A DNA stretch of 64,000 nt from Candidatus Omnitrophota bacterium (GTDB lineage: Bacteria > Omnitrophota > Omnitrophia > Omnitrophales > Aquincolibacteriaceae). Within the stretch, counting starts at the first letter, position 1; every line of letters begins with the position of its first letter. The stretch covers positions 3,250-67,249 of the forward strand of contig JAYTHE010000040.1 in assembly GCA_043732705.1 (NCBI GenBank), in the 5' to 3' direction. The position numbers and the translations under genes are program-made. Positions 33,917-43,985 of the stretch are shown here, piece by piece. The notes beneath the pieces were generated by a model. That model made no database searches. It was not told the origin of the DNA and saw only the letters and a program-made list of their open reading frames with translations.

Positions 33917-35279
33917 TGGGAAAGAGTTTCAAATGAAACAGCTTTGGTATCGTTTTCAATTTCTATTGATTACATTGCTTCTGACCGCGAGCGTGGTGCT
34001 GGGTTATTTAGTGGTTCGAAAAATTGACTGGCACTATGACGTGACGCGTGAGAAGGTCCATTCGCTTCCCGATGAAACTGCGCGCGTGCTGCAAGAGCTT
34101 GCCGCAAAACCGGTTGAGGTTGTTGCTTTTTATCCGAAAGATGATCCGTCACGCGAAGCTTTGACGATTTTTCTTAAACAATGCCAGGCCGCTCACGCGC
34201 GCTTTCAATTTAATTTGTATGACCCCATTCGCCGCCCCAAACTGGCGGAAGAATATCGCGTCGAACAAAATTATACAACCGTCATCCGGTCCGCAGGGCA
34301 TGAGGAGCGTATTTATAATTTTACGGAAGAGACATTCACTAACGCGCTTTTCCGCCTCGCGCATCCGCGGAAATTGGATGTTTGCTTTGTAACCGGGCAT
34401 CAAGAGTTAAATATTAAAAGTAATGAACGGAACGGGGCCATGACTTTTGCCCGGAATCTTCAAAATGGCGAAGTAAGTATTCATTCAATTGTGCTTGCGC
34501 GCGACGGAGTTCCGGATTCCTGTAATGTTACGGTCATGGCCGGTCCGCATACCGAACCCGCGCCGGACGAATTTGAAAAACTCCGCAAAGCTTTCGAAAA
34601 AGGGCGCAGTCTTATTTTTTTAATTGATCCGATGGATTTAGGCGTGGGAAGAAAGTTTATCGACTTTTTTAAGGCGTTTGGAGTTGTAATGGGTGAAAAT
34701 GTCTTGGTTGATAAAGCGAGCCGGGTTGTGGGCGGAGATTTTTTAATGCCCGCAGTCACAACTTATGCAAAGCATGAATCGATGAAGCGCATGACTGACC
34801 CGACTTTTTTCCCCGTCACGCGAACAGTCCAACCTTCGACTGATATTCCGCAGGGCTTGGAAGTTTCACCGCTTGCCATCACCAATGACAGCAGTTGGGC
34901 GGAATCTGACCTGGCGCTGCTTGAAGACGGAAAAGCAGCGTTTGATGCGAAACATGATATTGCCGGACCTTTGCCCCTTGCCGTAGCCGTTGAAAAAAAG
35001 CCGAACGGCGGACGCATGGTAATTGTCGGTGACAGCGATTTTTTAACAAATGGATATTTGGCCATTTCTCAAAATCTCGACTTTGCGGTTGAGATTTTAA
35101 AATGGGCGGGCCGCGACAGCCGGTTTATTCATGTCCGGCCGCGCCGCACACCTTTTAAGCCGCTTTTGCTCAAAGAATATCAACGGCAAGGGCTGTTGGT
35201 ACTGGTATTGGGCATGTATCCGCTCGCGCTTTTTATTCCGATTAGTATTTATCTTTTTATTCGCTCGAGAACCGCATGA
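33891..35279 (+). CDS. GldG-like ABC-transporter-associated protein (N-terminal membrane anchor, large extracytoplasmic domain, C-terminal transmembrane segment)
   Basis: Architecture and conserved blocks (...VAFYPKDDP..., ...VTGHQE..., ...IVGDSDFLTN...) match the GldG / ABC-type uncharacterized transport system family. The start is ambiguous (ATG 33891 inside the inverted-repeat spacer, or ATG 33933). Confidence 0.6.
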   Translation: MSTSRRWTGGKEFQMKQLWYRFQFLLITLLLTASVVLGYLVVRKIDWHYDVTREKVHSLPDETARVLQELAAKPVEVVAFYPKDDPSREALTIFLKQCQAAHARFQFNLYDPIRRPKLAEEYRVEQNYTTVIRSAGHEERIYNFTEETFTNALFRLAHPRKLDVCFVTGHQELNIKSNERNGAMTFARNLQNGEVSIHSIVLARDGVPDSCNVTVMAGPHTEPAPDEFEKLRKAFEKGRSLIFLIDPMDLGVGRKFIDFFKAFGVVMGENVLVDKASRVVGGDFLMPAVTTYAKHESMKRMTDPTFFPVTRTVQPSTDIPQGLEVSPLAITNDSSWAESDLALLEDGKAAFDAKHDIAGPLPLAVAVEKKPNGGRMVIVGDSDFLTNGYLAISQNLDFAVEILKWAGRDSRFIHVRPRRTPFKPLLLKEYQRQGLLVLVLGMYPLALFIPISIYLFIRSRTA

Positions 35280-36289
35280 AGTTCAGGACAACGTTGTTTT
35301 TTGTCGTTTTATTTTTCGGCGTGTTGGCGCTGTATCTTTCACAAACAAAACAAGAATCCGTGCGCGTTGAACAAGTTAAAAAAACAAGCGATGATTTTAA
35401 AGTTCAAGTCGAAGAAAAATTGCCCGAGCTTAAAAAAGATCAGAAAGTGAACTTTATTCAAGTTCAGGAAATGAATAAAGAGGAAACATTTTGGCTTGAG
35501 AAGCAGGACACCGTCTGGCAAATTGTTTATCCCGTCAGAACACCGGCGGACCAGGCTATGGCACAGGGTATGGCGGGTATGGTCAAGCTGGCTCTCAATC
35601 AAAAGCTTTTGCGCCCGGAGGGCGCGTGGGCGGATTATGGGCTGGATCACCCGGATATTAAAATCGGCGTGGGAACTACAGACGATCCGGAAAGGCATTT
35701 TCTCTATCTTGGTAAGGCGGCTCCGATGGGCGCCGGAGTTTTTGCGCGCTGGGATGACAAAAACGCTTACTTTATTTTGCCCCAAGCGCTGAAATCAGCT
35801 TTTCAAAAAAGCTTGTATGAGATGCGCGAGAAACGTGTTTTTATGACGCCGATGCCCAAAATGGACCGCGTTTATATTGAAATCGGTGATCAGACTTTTG
35901 ATTGGACGCTGAGAAACGGGTCCTGGTATTGGATGGAGCCGCTTGATTTAATCGGAAAAACCATGGCGGAAGATCAAATGATGGCCGTGATCCAGATTCT
36001 TTCCAAGCTTTACGTGAAAGAATTTATCGATGATTCAACGAGTGATATTTATGCTGCGGGTATCAGTATGATTTCAGACCGAATTCAGATTCGCTCAGGC
36101 ACAAATACCGAAACTGTTTATTTCGGAAAAGAAGCGTCGCTTAAAACAGCTTATTACGCTCACCGTGAAAATGAAAAAACATTATTTTTAATCGATCAAA
36201 CCAAAGTGATTGAGATTTTAGAATTATTGGATGCTCTTGATAAAGTGAATCATCCTGCCGCGGTTGCGATGCAAAAATTGCAGGCTTGA
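35276..36289 (+). CDS. Hypothetical membrane-anchored protein (DUF4340-like partner of GldG)
   Basis: N-terminal transmembrane helix; position downstream of the GldG-like gene with a 4-bp overlap. I recognise no catalytic motif. Confidence 0.45.
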   Translation: MKFRTTLFFVVLFFGVLALYLSQTKQESVRVEQVKKTSDDFKVQVEEKLPELKKDQKVNFIQVQEMNKEETFWLEKQDTVWQIVYPVRTPADQAMAQGMAGMVKLALNQKLLRPEGAWADYGLDHPDIKIGVGTTDDPERHFLYLGKAAPMGAGVFARWDDKNAYFILPQALKSAFQKSLYEMREKRVFMTPMPKMDRVYIEIGDQTFDWTLRNGSWYWMEPLDLIGKTMAEDQMMAVIQILSKLYVKEFIDDSTSDIYAAGISMISDRIQIRSGTNTETVYFGKEASLKTAYYAHRENEKTLFLIDQTKVIEILELLDALDKVNHPAAVAMQKLQA

Positions 36290-36306
36290 AAACCTTGGGG
36301 TCCTGA

Positions 36307-36987
36307 TTGATGTCGATTCAAAAAGAACTCTTTGACATTCGAAATCGCATGAGTCGCGCTGCTTCCGCGCGAAGCGTCGAATTGATTGCGGTGACAAAAA
36401 CATTGAGCCCTCATATCATTCGCAGCGCGTATGCCTTAGGCTTGCGTGACTTTGGTGAGAATAAGGTTCAAGAGTTTTTAGAAAAATACGACGTTCTTCC
36501 GGGAGACATTCGCTGGCATATGATCGGCAGGCTTCAAACGAACAAAGTGAAAGATGTTTTAGGGAAAATAGCCTTGATTCATTCGCTGGATCGTCTTGAA
36601 CTGTATGACAAGCTGGACGCGGAAGCCCGCAAGCGCAAAACAGGGAATGTGGAATGTCTTTTGCAGGTGAATATCAGCGGGGAAGCTTCCAAGGCGGGCT
36701 TAGCCGCGTGTGAAATAGACGGGTTTTTAACTCAATTGAAGCCCGATTCGCCGGTTCAAATCAAAGGCTTGATGACCATCGCACCTTTGACGGAGAATAA
36801 GAATGAGATTCGAAATGTTTTTCGCGTCGCAAAGACGTTATTTGAAAAGCTAAAAAAAGAATACGCGCAGTTTGATTGGAAGTATCTTTCGATGGGAATG
36901 TCAGGTGATTTTGAAATTGCGATCGAAGAAGGCGCGACGATGGTCAGAATCGGAACGGCTTTGTTTGGCGAGCGTCAAAAGCAATAA
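36307..36987 (+). CDS. yggS: YggS-family pyridoxal phosphate homeostasis protein
   Basis: ...IELIAVTKT... with the PLP lysine, and ...GMSGDFEIAIEEGATMVRIGTALFG... at the C-terminus. Confidence 0.8.
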   Translation: MMSIQKELFDIRNRMSRAASARSVELIAVTKTLSPHIIRSAYALGLRDFGENKVQEFLEKYDVLPGDIRWHMIGRLQTNKVKDVLGKIALIHSLDRLELYDKLDAEARKRKTGNVECLLQVNISGEASKAGLAACEIDGFLTQLKPDSPVQIKGLMTIAPLTENKNEIRNVFRVAKTLFEKLKKEYAQFDWKYLSMGMSGDFEIAIEEGATMVRIGTALFGERQKQ

Positions 36988-36999
36988 CCGGAGTTTTAT

Positions 37000-37803
37000 A
37001 TGCGAATTACAAAAAAAATCGGATTGATCGGCTGCGGCAATATGGGGTCGGCGATTTTAGCGGGCGCCTTTCAGAATAAAATTTGCAATCCTTCACAGGT
37101 GTGGGTCGCCGATAAAATGGCCGGTAAGGTTCGTGCTTTCAGCAAAAAGAATAAATGCCGCGCGGCGCGAGATGCGGCCGAAGCAGTTCAAAAGACGGAT
37201 ATTATTTTACTCGCCGTCAAGCCGCAAGATTTAGCCGAAACCGCGGCCTCAATCAAGCCGTTTCTTCATTCACGCAAAACGGTGATTTCCATTCTTGCCG
37301 GAGTGAAACTTGCCGGCCTTAAAAAGCATTTAGGCGCGGCAGTTGTGGTGCGGGCAATGCCGAATCTGGGCGCTCAGGTCGGTGCTTCGGTGACGGCGCT
37401 TTGTTCTCAAAAAAAAGAATCGTTAAAATCGGCTCAAATCCTTTTTTCCGCCTGCGGCAGTGTGGTGGTTTTGAATGAAAAATATTTTGATGTGGTGACT
37501 GCGGTCAGCGGCAGCGGTCCGGCGTATTTCTTTTTGATGATGGAATTATTGGCTGATTTTGCGCGTAAAAACGGCATGGATGAGAAATCCGCGCGGCAGC
37601 TTGCAGTTCAAACTGCGTTGGGAGCGGGACGTTTAGCGGCCCTTAGTTCCGAGCCGCCGGCGGTATTAAGAGCGCGCGTCACATCGAAGAAGGGTACAAC
37701 GCATGCGGCATTATCCGTGTTAAAATACCGCAAGTTTCCAAAAATATTTTTTGCCGCGTTGCAAGCCGCAGTCAAGCGTAGCCAGCAATTAAGCAAACGG
37801 TAA
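37000..37803 (+). CDS. proC: Pyrroline-5-carboxylate reductase
   Basis: N-terminal Rossmann motif IGLIGCGNMGSAI and a P5CR body. It sits in the yggS-proC-yggT arrangement. Confidence 0.8.
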   Translation: MRITKKIGLIGCGNMGSAILAGAFQNKICNPSQVWVADKMAGKVRAFSKKNKCRAARDAAEAVQKTDIILLAVKPQDLAETAASIKPFLHSRKTVISILAGVKLAGLKKHLGAAVVVRAMPNLGAQVGASVTALCSQKKESLKSAQILFSACGSVVVLNEKYFDVVTAVSGSGPAYFFLMMELLADFARKNGMDEKSARQLAVQTALGAGRLAALSSEPPAVLRARVTSKKGTTHAALSVLKYRKFPKIFFAALQAAVKRSQQLSKR

Positions 37804-37893
37804 CAAATTGCAATCTTCAATACTGTGGAATATTGCAATCTTCGATGAGCTTAGATTGCGAAGTCGTAATATACGATTGGGAGACAAATAGAC

Positions 37894-38190
37894 ATGTTTA
37901 TTTTTGGTGAAATTTTGAATGGAATCGCTTTTATTATTAATGCGATTGTCACGGTATTGATGTGGATCATCATTGTGCATGCTGTTTTAACCTGGCTTTT
38001 AAGCCCTTTTCATCCCTATGTGCAAATGCTCAACCAAGCTGCGGAACCGGTGTTGAAGCCTTTTCGCCGCTTGCCGCTGACCATTGGCAATATTGACTTT
38101 ACTCCGCTGGTTGCCGTCATTGTTTTGAACGTTGTCAAAAATATTTTACTTCGTCTGATCATGATCGGTTCTCAGTATTTCGGAACTTAA
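37894..38190 (+). CDS. yggT: YggT-family membrane protein
   Basis: 98 aa with two transmembrane helices; conserved synteny with yggS and proC. Confidence 0.65.
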   Translation: MFIFGEILNGIAFIINAIVTVLMWIIIVHAVLTWLLSPFHPYVQMLNQAAEPVLKPFRRLPLTIGNIDFTPLVAVIVLNVVKNILLRLIMIGSQYFGT

Positions 38191-38207
38191 GATTTTTATT
38201 CCTAATC

Positions 38208-39056
38208 ATGCCCGCAAAACCCAATCAAAAAACTAAAAATCCAACGCTTGCCCACATTGACGCTTGTGTCCGTGTCATCCGTAAGAAGACGGATTTTGTT
38301 CCTGAGTTTTGCTGTGTACTTGGAACCGGATTGGGCCATTTAGCAAAACAGGTCAAAGTGGACACGGCTTTTGAATACCGTAAGCTGCCGCACTTCCCCG
38401 TAACAACCGTTGAGTCGCATCGCGGACAGTTGATCTTAGGCGAATTGGAAGGACGGCGCATGGCGATGTTGGAAGGCCGCTTTCATCTTTATGAAGGTTA
38501 TTCCGCCGCGGAAGTCGTTTTTCCGGCGCGTGTTTGCCGTTTTCTTGGCGCAAAAAGCATGATTGTGACGAATGCGGCGGGCGGTTTAAATCCGGCTTAT
38601 AAAAGCGGCGATATCATTGCCATTCATGACCACATTAATTTTTTAGGAGTGAATCCTTTGACGGGCCCGAATGATGAGCGCATCGGGCCGCGCTTTCCCG
38701 ATATGTCCGAACCTTACACGAAAGATTTTTTAAAAACCGCACAAGCTGCGGCGAAAAGTTTAAAATTAACCCTGCATGAGGGGATTTATCTCGCTATTGC
38801 GGGACCAAACCTTGAAACTCGCGCAGAATATCGTATGATAAGAAACTTTGGAGCCGATTTGGTTGGCATGTCAACTGTTCCGGAAGTGATTGCCGCCGTG
38901 CATGCGGGAATGAAAGTTTTGGGGTTGAGCGTGATTACGGATGTTTGTGACCCGGATCATTTGAAAGCGGTTGATATTCGTGAAATTATTCGTGTTGCCA
39001 ATGCGTCGGGCCCGAAATTAGATCAATTGATTCGTAGATTTTTAAAGCTGGTTTGA
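38208..39056 (+). CDS. Purine nucleoside phosphorylase / MTA phosphorylase family (PNP_UDP_1)
   Basis: ...VLGTGLGHLA..., ...GRFHLYEGYS..., ...MIVTNAAGGLNP... and ...VGMSTVPEVIAA... blocks are typical of PunA/MTAP-type phosphorylases. Confidence 0.7.
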   Translation: MPAKPNQKTKNPTLAHIDACVRVIRKKTDFVPEFCCVLGTGLGHLAKQVKVDTAFEYRKLPHFPVTTVESHRGQLILGELEGRRMAMLEGRFHLYEGYSAAEVVFPARVCRFLGAKSMIVTNAAGGLNPAYKSGDIIAIHDHINFLGVNPLTGPNDERIGPRFPDMSEPYTKDFLKTAQAAAKSLKLTLHEGIYLAIAGPNLETRAEYRMIRNFGADLVGMSTVPEVIAAVHAGMKVLGLSVITDVCDPDHLKAVDIREIIRVANASGPKLDQLIRRFLKLV

Positions 39057-41983
39057 AAATGGAAACTCCGAAAAAAAGTTATAAAGAGACGCTCAACTTG
39101 CCTGATACGCCCTTCGCGATGAAGGCGAGTCTTGCGATGCGCGAGCCCGGTATGCTTGCCGGTTGGGAAAAAGAAGGCCTCTATAAACGTATTCGCGCGA
39201 AATCCGCCGGCCAGCCTAAGTATGTTTTGCATGACGGCCCGCCTTATGCCAACGGCCAAATTCACATTGGGCATGCTCTCAATAAAACGCTCAAAGATAT
39301 TATTGTTAAGTTTGAGACGATGCGCGGTTTTGACGCTAAGTATGTACCGGGTTGGGACTGCCATGGTTTGCCGATCGAAGTGCAATGCTTAAAAGAACTG
39401 GGTAAAAGCAAAGATGAAGTTAATCCCGCCGAATTTCGCAAAGAAGCGCGTAAATACGCGGAGAAGTATATCGCGATTCAAAAAGAAGAATTCAAGCGCC
39501 TTGGAATTTTCGGTGACTGGGACCACCCGTATTTAACGATGAATTTCGGATATCAAACTAAGATTGCCGAAGCCTTTTTTACGCTGTATGAAAAGGAATA
39601 TATTTTCCGCGGAGAAAAACCGGTTTATTGGTCTACGGGTTGTGAGACCGCGTTGGCTGAGGCCGAATTAGAATATCAGGATAAAGTTTCCAAAGCTATT
39701 TTCGTCAAATTTCCGATACGTGAATTGGGTGCGAAGCAGCTGAAGTATTTGCAGGACGCAGGCACTAACCCCAAGCATCCGGTTTCACTGTTGATTTGGA
39801 CGACTACGCCCTGGACTTTACCGGCCAATGTCGGCGTGGCAGTCAATGCGGAGATGGAATATGGAATTTATGAATTTCTTAATCACGAAATTTATATTTT
39901 TTCAAAAAATCTGGAAGAACGGTTAAAGGGTAAACTCAGCTGGGCGGAATTTAAGTGTTTGCGCACTTTAAAAGGCGAAGCATTGCAAAAACTTTTTCCG
40001 AATTATGGCCACCCTTTTCTTGAGCGGGAGGGCAAGGTGATTCTCGCGGATTATGTGTCCGATGCTGAAGGAACAGGGCTGGTCCATATTGCTCCCGGTC
40101 ACGGCGAAGAAGACTATGTTTACGGACATTTAAAAAATAGTCTCGAAATTCTTTCGCCCGTGGACCATCGCGGACGGTTTACGGATAACTTTGGGCCCGA
40201 GTTGCAAGTGAAGGGTATTAATGTTTTTCAGGCGAATGACACGATTATCGAATATTTGAAAAAATATAATTTGCTACTTGGGGTTGAAAATCACGAGCAT
40301 TCTTACCCGTATTGCTGGCGTTCCAAGACGCCTGTGATCGTGCGTGCGACGCCGCAATGGTTTATGAAAATCGATCATGATGACTTGCGTAAAAAAATGC
40401 TTCACGCAGTTTACGGTGAAATTAAATTTACTCCGGACTGGGGCGTGAACCGTATCGGCGGCATGCTGGAAACACGGCCTGAATGGTGTCTGTCCCGCCA
40501 GCGTCTTTGGGGCGTTCCGATCCCGCTCGCAATCTGTGAAGATTGCGCCGCGCCGCATATGAATGAAGGTTTTAAAAACCGGGTGCTTGCGGCATTTAAA
40601 GAAAAAGGCGCGGATGCTTGGTTCCAGCCTTATCTTTCCTCTGCGCCTGGGGCGCAACCGGTTGAGTCCGCCGCACATTTTTTAGGGGAAGGAGCAGTTT
40701 GTGTTTCCTGCGGCTCCAAAAAACTGCGGCTTGAAAAAGATATTCTCGATGTTTGGTTTGATTCAGGCTCAAGCCATTATGCAGTTTTGCGCGAAGACCC
40801 GGAACTTCATTATCCCGCGGATCTTTATCTTGAAGGCTCGGACCAACATCGCGGCTGGTTTCAAAGTTCACTGACTGTGGCCATGGGGCTTTCCGGAGAA
40901 GCGCCTTTTAAAGGGGTGTTAACGCATGGATTTGTCATGGACGGCGCGGGTAAGAAAATGTCCAAATCGGCCGGAAATGTTGTTCTGCCGCAAAAGGTGA
41001 TTCAAGAATATGGCGCGGATATTTTGCGTCTCTGGGTGTCTTCCTGCGATTATCAATTTGACGTGCGTCTTTCTTATGAAATGTTGAAACAGCTTGCGGA
41101 TGCTTACCGTAAAATTCGAAATACGCTGCGATACATGCTCGCGAATCTTTTTGATTTTAAAGCGGCGACAGACACGGTCGCGGATGAAGATATGCATCCG
41201 CTTGACCGCTGGGCGGTGGGGCGCGTCAGGGAACTTGCGGGCCGGGTTACTGAAAGTTATTCCAGCTTCGGTTTTAATCAGGTTTATCGCGAAATTTATC
41301 ATTTTTGTGTCACAGAATTGAGCGCGTATTATTTTGATGTTTTGAAAGACACGCTGTATGTGCCTTCTCCGAACGCCTGGATTCGCCGTTCCGCGCAGAC
41401 AGCTTTATATGAAATTTACGGAACTTTAGTGAAACTGATTGCGCCGATTCTTGTTTTTACGGCAGATGAAGCTTGGCGAGTGCTTCCGGTGGATCAGATG
41501 CAGTCAGTGCATGAAAGCAGCTGGCCGTCAGCCGCGACGGATAAGGAACCTTCGGATAAAGATTGGGATTGGATCCGGGAATTACGGGACGCGGCTGCGC
41601 CTTTTTTAGAAGCGCAGCGTGAAGCAAAAGTTATTTCCGCGAACCTTGAAGCGCAAGTCAGGCTTTTTTCATCTGATCAGGAAGTTCAGGCTTTGATAAA
41701 AAAATACGCGAAAGAATTGCCGCGTATTTTAGTGGTTTCGCGCGTGGAAATTGCCTCGGATGTTTGGGAGGGCGCCGGTTCCGCAAAAGTAAATTGGAAA
41801 TGTTTAGGGCGCGAAACCGATTTGGTTATTTCCGCGGCGCATGCGGGCGGAAAAAAGTGTGTTCGCTGCTGGACCTATCACGAGGAATTGGGTGAAAATG
41901 CCGAGCATCCCGAGATTTGTGTGCGCTGTACGAGTGCCCTAGCGGGCCTGGATCAAAAGCTGGGAACAGGCGAATCACGATAA
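39053..41983 (+). CDS. ileS: Isoleucyl-tRNA synthetase (type 1, C-terminal zinc-binding region)
   Basis: HIGH motif (...NGQIHIGHALNK...), KMSKS (...KKMSKSAGNVV...), and a C-terminal CxxC...CxxC. Confidence 0.9.
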   Translation: MKMETPKKSYKETLNLPDTPFAMKASLAMREPGMLAGWEKEGLYKRIRAKSAGQPKYVLHDGPPYANGQIHIGHALNKTLKDIIVKFETMRGFDAKYVPGWDCHGLPIEVQCLKELGKSKDEVNPAEFRKEARKYAEKYIAIQKEEFKRLGIFGDWDHPYLTMNFGYQTKIAEAFFTLYEKEYIFRGEKPVYWSTGCETALAEAELEYQDKVSKAIFVKFPIRELGAKQLKYLQDAGTNPKHPVSLLIWTTTPWTLPANVGVAVNAEMEYGIYEFLNHEIYIFSKNLEERLKGKLSWAEFKCLRTLKGEALQKLFPNYGHPFLEREGKVILADYVSDAEGTGLVHIAPGHGEEDYVYGHLKNSLEILSPVDHRGRFTDNFGPELQVKGINVFQANDTIIEYLKKYNLLLGVENHEHSYPYCWRSKTPVIVRATPQWFMKIDHDDLRKKMLHAVYGEIKFTPDWGVNRIGGMLETRPEWCLSRQRLWGVPIPLAICEDCAAPHMNEGFKNRVLAAFKEKGADAWFQPYLSSAPGAQPVESAAHFLGEGAVCVSCGSKKLRLEKDILDVWFDSGSSHYAVLREDPELHYPADLYLEGSDQHRGWFQSSLTVAMGLSGEAPFKGVLTHGFVMDGAGKKMSKSAGNVVLPQKVIQEYGADILRLWVSSCDYQFDVRLSYEMLKQLADAYRKIRNTLRYMLANLFDFKAATDTVADEDMHPLDRWAVGRVRELAGRVTESYSSFGFNQVYREIYHFCVTELSAYYFDVLKDTLYVPSPNAWIRRSAQTALYEIYGTLVKLIAPILVFTADEAWRVLPVDQMQSVHESSWPSAATDKEPSDKDWDWIRELRDAAAPFLEAQREAKVISANLEAQVRLFSSDQEVQALIKKYAKELPRILVVSRVEIASDVWEGAGSAKVNWKCLGRETDLVISAAHAGGKKCVRCWTYHEELGENAEHPEICVRCTSALAGLDQKLGTGESR

Positions 41984-43531
41984 ATGTCATATCATCTGAG
42001 ATCAACTAAAGCCGTCTTAATTCGGAAAATAATGGTCGGGGCGGCTTTCTCTCTTTTCAGTATTCTTGCTTTGCACGGGCTGGTGGATCTTAAGCTGATT
42101 TCTTTTAAAGCTGAATACCGTTATTTAATTGATACTGTCATTGCGATTTTAGCGACTGTTGCGACAATTTTTGTGAAACCGGTGGATCGTGCCGCAAAAC
42201 GGGTCTTGCGTGATTATATGCTGCGCCGTGAATGTTATGCCCATATCGCGCTTTTGGACTTGGTGGAAGAACTGCAATCCATTTTGCAATTGCGTGAAGT
42301 TGCCAATCTCGTTGTGAATTCTTTTGCCGAGGCTTTTCATCTTAAAACAACAGCGTTGTTTGTTTTTCGACGCGAAGAAGACGCTTTTGAGGCGGTTTCA
42401 GCGCATGGCTGGCCGGCTTCCGAACTTCGCCGCATCAGACTTTCCAACCATAGTTTGCTCGCGGATATTTTACGACAAACCGGGGAACATACGCTGACAC
42501 GCAATGTATTGATTAAATCGGTGAGCTGGCAGGATGCGAATAATCTGGAGAACGATTTCAACTCGATTCGCGCGGGTTGGGTTCTGCCGTTCTTTTTCAA
42601 AGAAGAACTTTTGGGATTTATGGCTTTGGGGTCGGACTCACCGGACCGTGTTTTTGAAAAGGCAGATTTTGAATTTTTCCTGCGGTTTGCCAGGAAAATT
42701 TCAATTTGCCTAAAAAACGCGATGGAAGTTGAAACTCTTATTGCCCGTAACGATGAGCTTCAGGGGGAGCAGTCGCAGCGGTTTCAGGTTTCCAAGTTAA
42801 AAGCCGTTTCGCAGCTTGCGGAAGGGCTGGCGCATGAAATTCATAATCCATTGGCGATTATCTCCGGAAAAGCCCAGGTTTTACTCTTTAAAAAGGGAGA
42901 AGTGGACTGGGAAAAGCGCGTCGAAGAGGCCCTGACAGTCATGATTCAGCAATCGAAGCGGGCGGCCGATATTATACGGAAGGTGTTGACCTCGGTCCGT
43001 GATTCACAGGCTCCGCCGCGGGAACTCGATCTGAAGCAAATTGCTATGGAGACTGCCGAGCTTTTGCGTTATCAAGCGGCGCTTAAACAAATTGAAGTGA
43101 CGATTCATGCCGAAGAAAATTTACTGTTTTATGCGAATCCCGGTGATATTTATGAAATATTTTCAAATTTTATTTTAAACGGCGTAGAGATGCTCGGATC
43201 AAGCGGATGGGTTAAAATAGATATGCACCGGACCCGCAATGAAGACGCCGTTGAAATTTGGGTGACCGACAGCGGCCGCGGATTGCATCCGGAAATGCTC
43301 GATCAAATTTTTGATCCTTTTTTTAAAACACGTCATGAAGCGTTAGGTTTGGGTCTTTTTGCAGCGAAGCAGATCGTGCACCGCTATGGCGGAAGTATTC
43401 GCGCTGAGAGCCGGATCGGCGAAGGCATTAGATTTCAAATTCAATTGCCGCTGCGGCGCGCGGTTGAACGGGTTGTGGTAGAAACAAAGACTGAATTAGA
43501 GTCGCCGGAAACGGCGCGAGGAAGGAAATAA
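41984..43531 (+). CDS. Sensor histidine kinase (membrane and GAF-like N-terminal region, HisKA, HATPase_c)
   Basis: H-box ...LAEGLAHEIHNPLAII...; N, G1 and G2 boxes (...NFILNGVEM..., ...DSGRGL..., ...GLGLFAAK...). Confidence 0.75.
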   Translation: MSYHLRSTKAVLIRKIMVGAAFSLFSILALHGLVDLKLISFKAEYRYLIDTVIAILATVATIFVKPVDRAAKRVLRDYMLRRECYAHIALLDLVEELQSILQLREVANLVVNSFAEAFHLKTTALFVFRREEDAFEAVSAHGWPASELRRIRLSNHSLLADILRQTGEHTLTRNVLIKSVSWQDANNLENDFNSIRAGWVLPFFFKEELLGFMALGSDSPDRVFEKADFEFFLRFARKISICLKNAMEVETLIARNDELQGEQSQRFQVSKLKAVSQLAEGLAHEIHNPLAIISGKAQVLLFKKGEVDWEKRVEEALTVMIQQSKRAADIIRKVLTSVRDSQAPPRELDLKQIAMETAELLRYQAALKQIEVTIHAEENLLFYANPGDIYEIFSNFILNGVEMLGSSGWVKIDMHRTRNEDAVEIWVTDSGRGLHPEMLDQIFDPFFKTRHEALGLGLFAAKQIVHRYGGSIRAESRIGEGIRFQIQLPLRRAVERVVVETKTELESPETARGRK

Positions 43532-43533
43532 AT

Positions 43534-43905
43534 ATGACTAAACGTTTGCTTGTTGTGGATGATGAAGAAGAAATTTGTGATTTTTTAAAATCTTTTTTTG
43601 AGGATCGCCAGTACATTGTTGAAACTGCGCATTCCGGTGTGCAAGCTTTGGAGAAAGTGCGGAAGTTTAATCCCCATATTATTCTCTTGGACATTCAAAT
43701 GCCGGAAATGGACGGAATGAAAGCCCTGAAAATTATTAAGCAGGAAAACCCTCAGATTAAAGTGATCATGGTGACGGCGGTCGAAACGCAGGAAAAAATT
43801 GAAGAGTCCATGCGTTTAGGTGCGGATAATTATATTACCAAGCCGCTCAGCTTGGAATATCTTGAGAATGATGTTCAAGAGAAATTAAAAGGTTTGATTC
43901 AATAA
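43534..43905 (+). CDS. Single-domain response regulator (CheY-like receiver)
   Basis: LLVVDDEEE...; the phospho-acceptor Asp lies in ...IILLDIQMPEMDG...; conserved ...KPL... Lys. Confidence 0.8.
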   Translation: MTKRLLVVDDEEEICDFLKSFFEDRQYIVETAHSGVQALEKVRKFNPHIILLDIQMPEMDGMKALKIIKQENPQIKVIMVTAVETQEKIEESMRLGADNYITKPLSLEYLENDVQEKLKGLIQ

Positions 43906-43985
43906 GGTAAATAGCCGCGTGCGCAGTGTTCGGCCATTCTTTTGTTCTGGCGCGAGGTTATTTTAGTTTCAAGCTATAGGCTTCA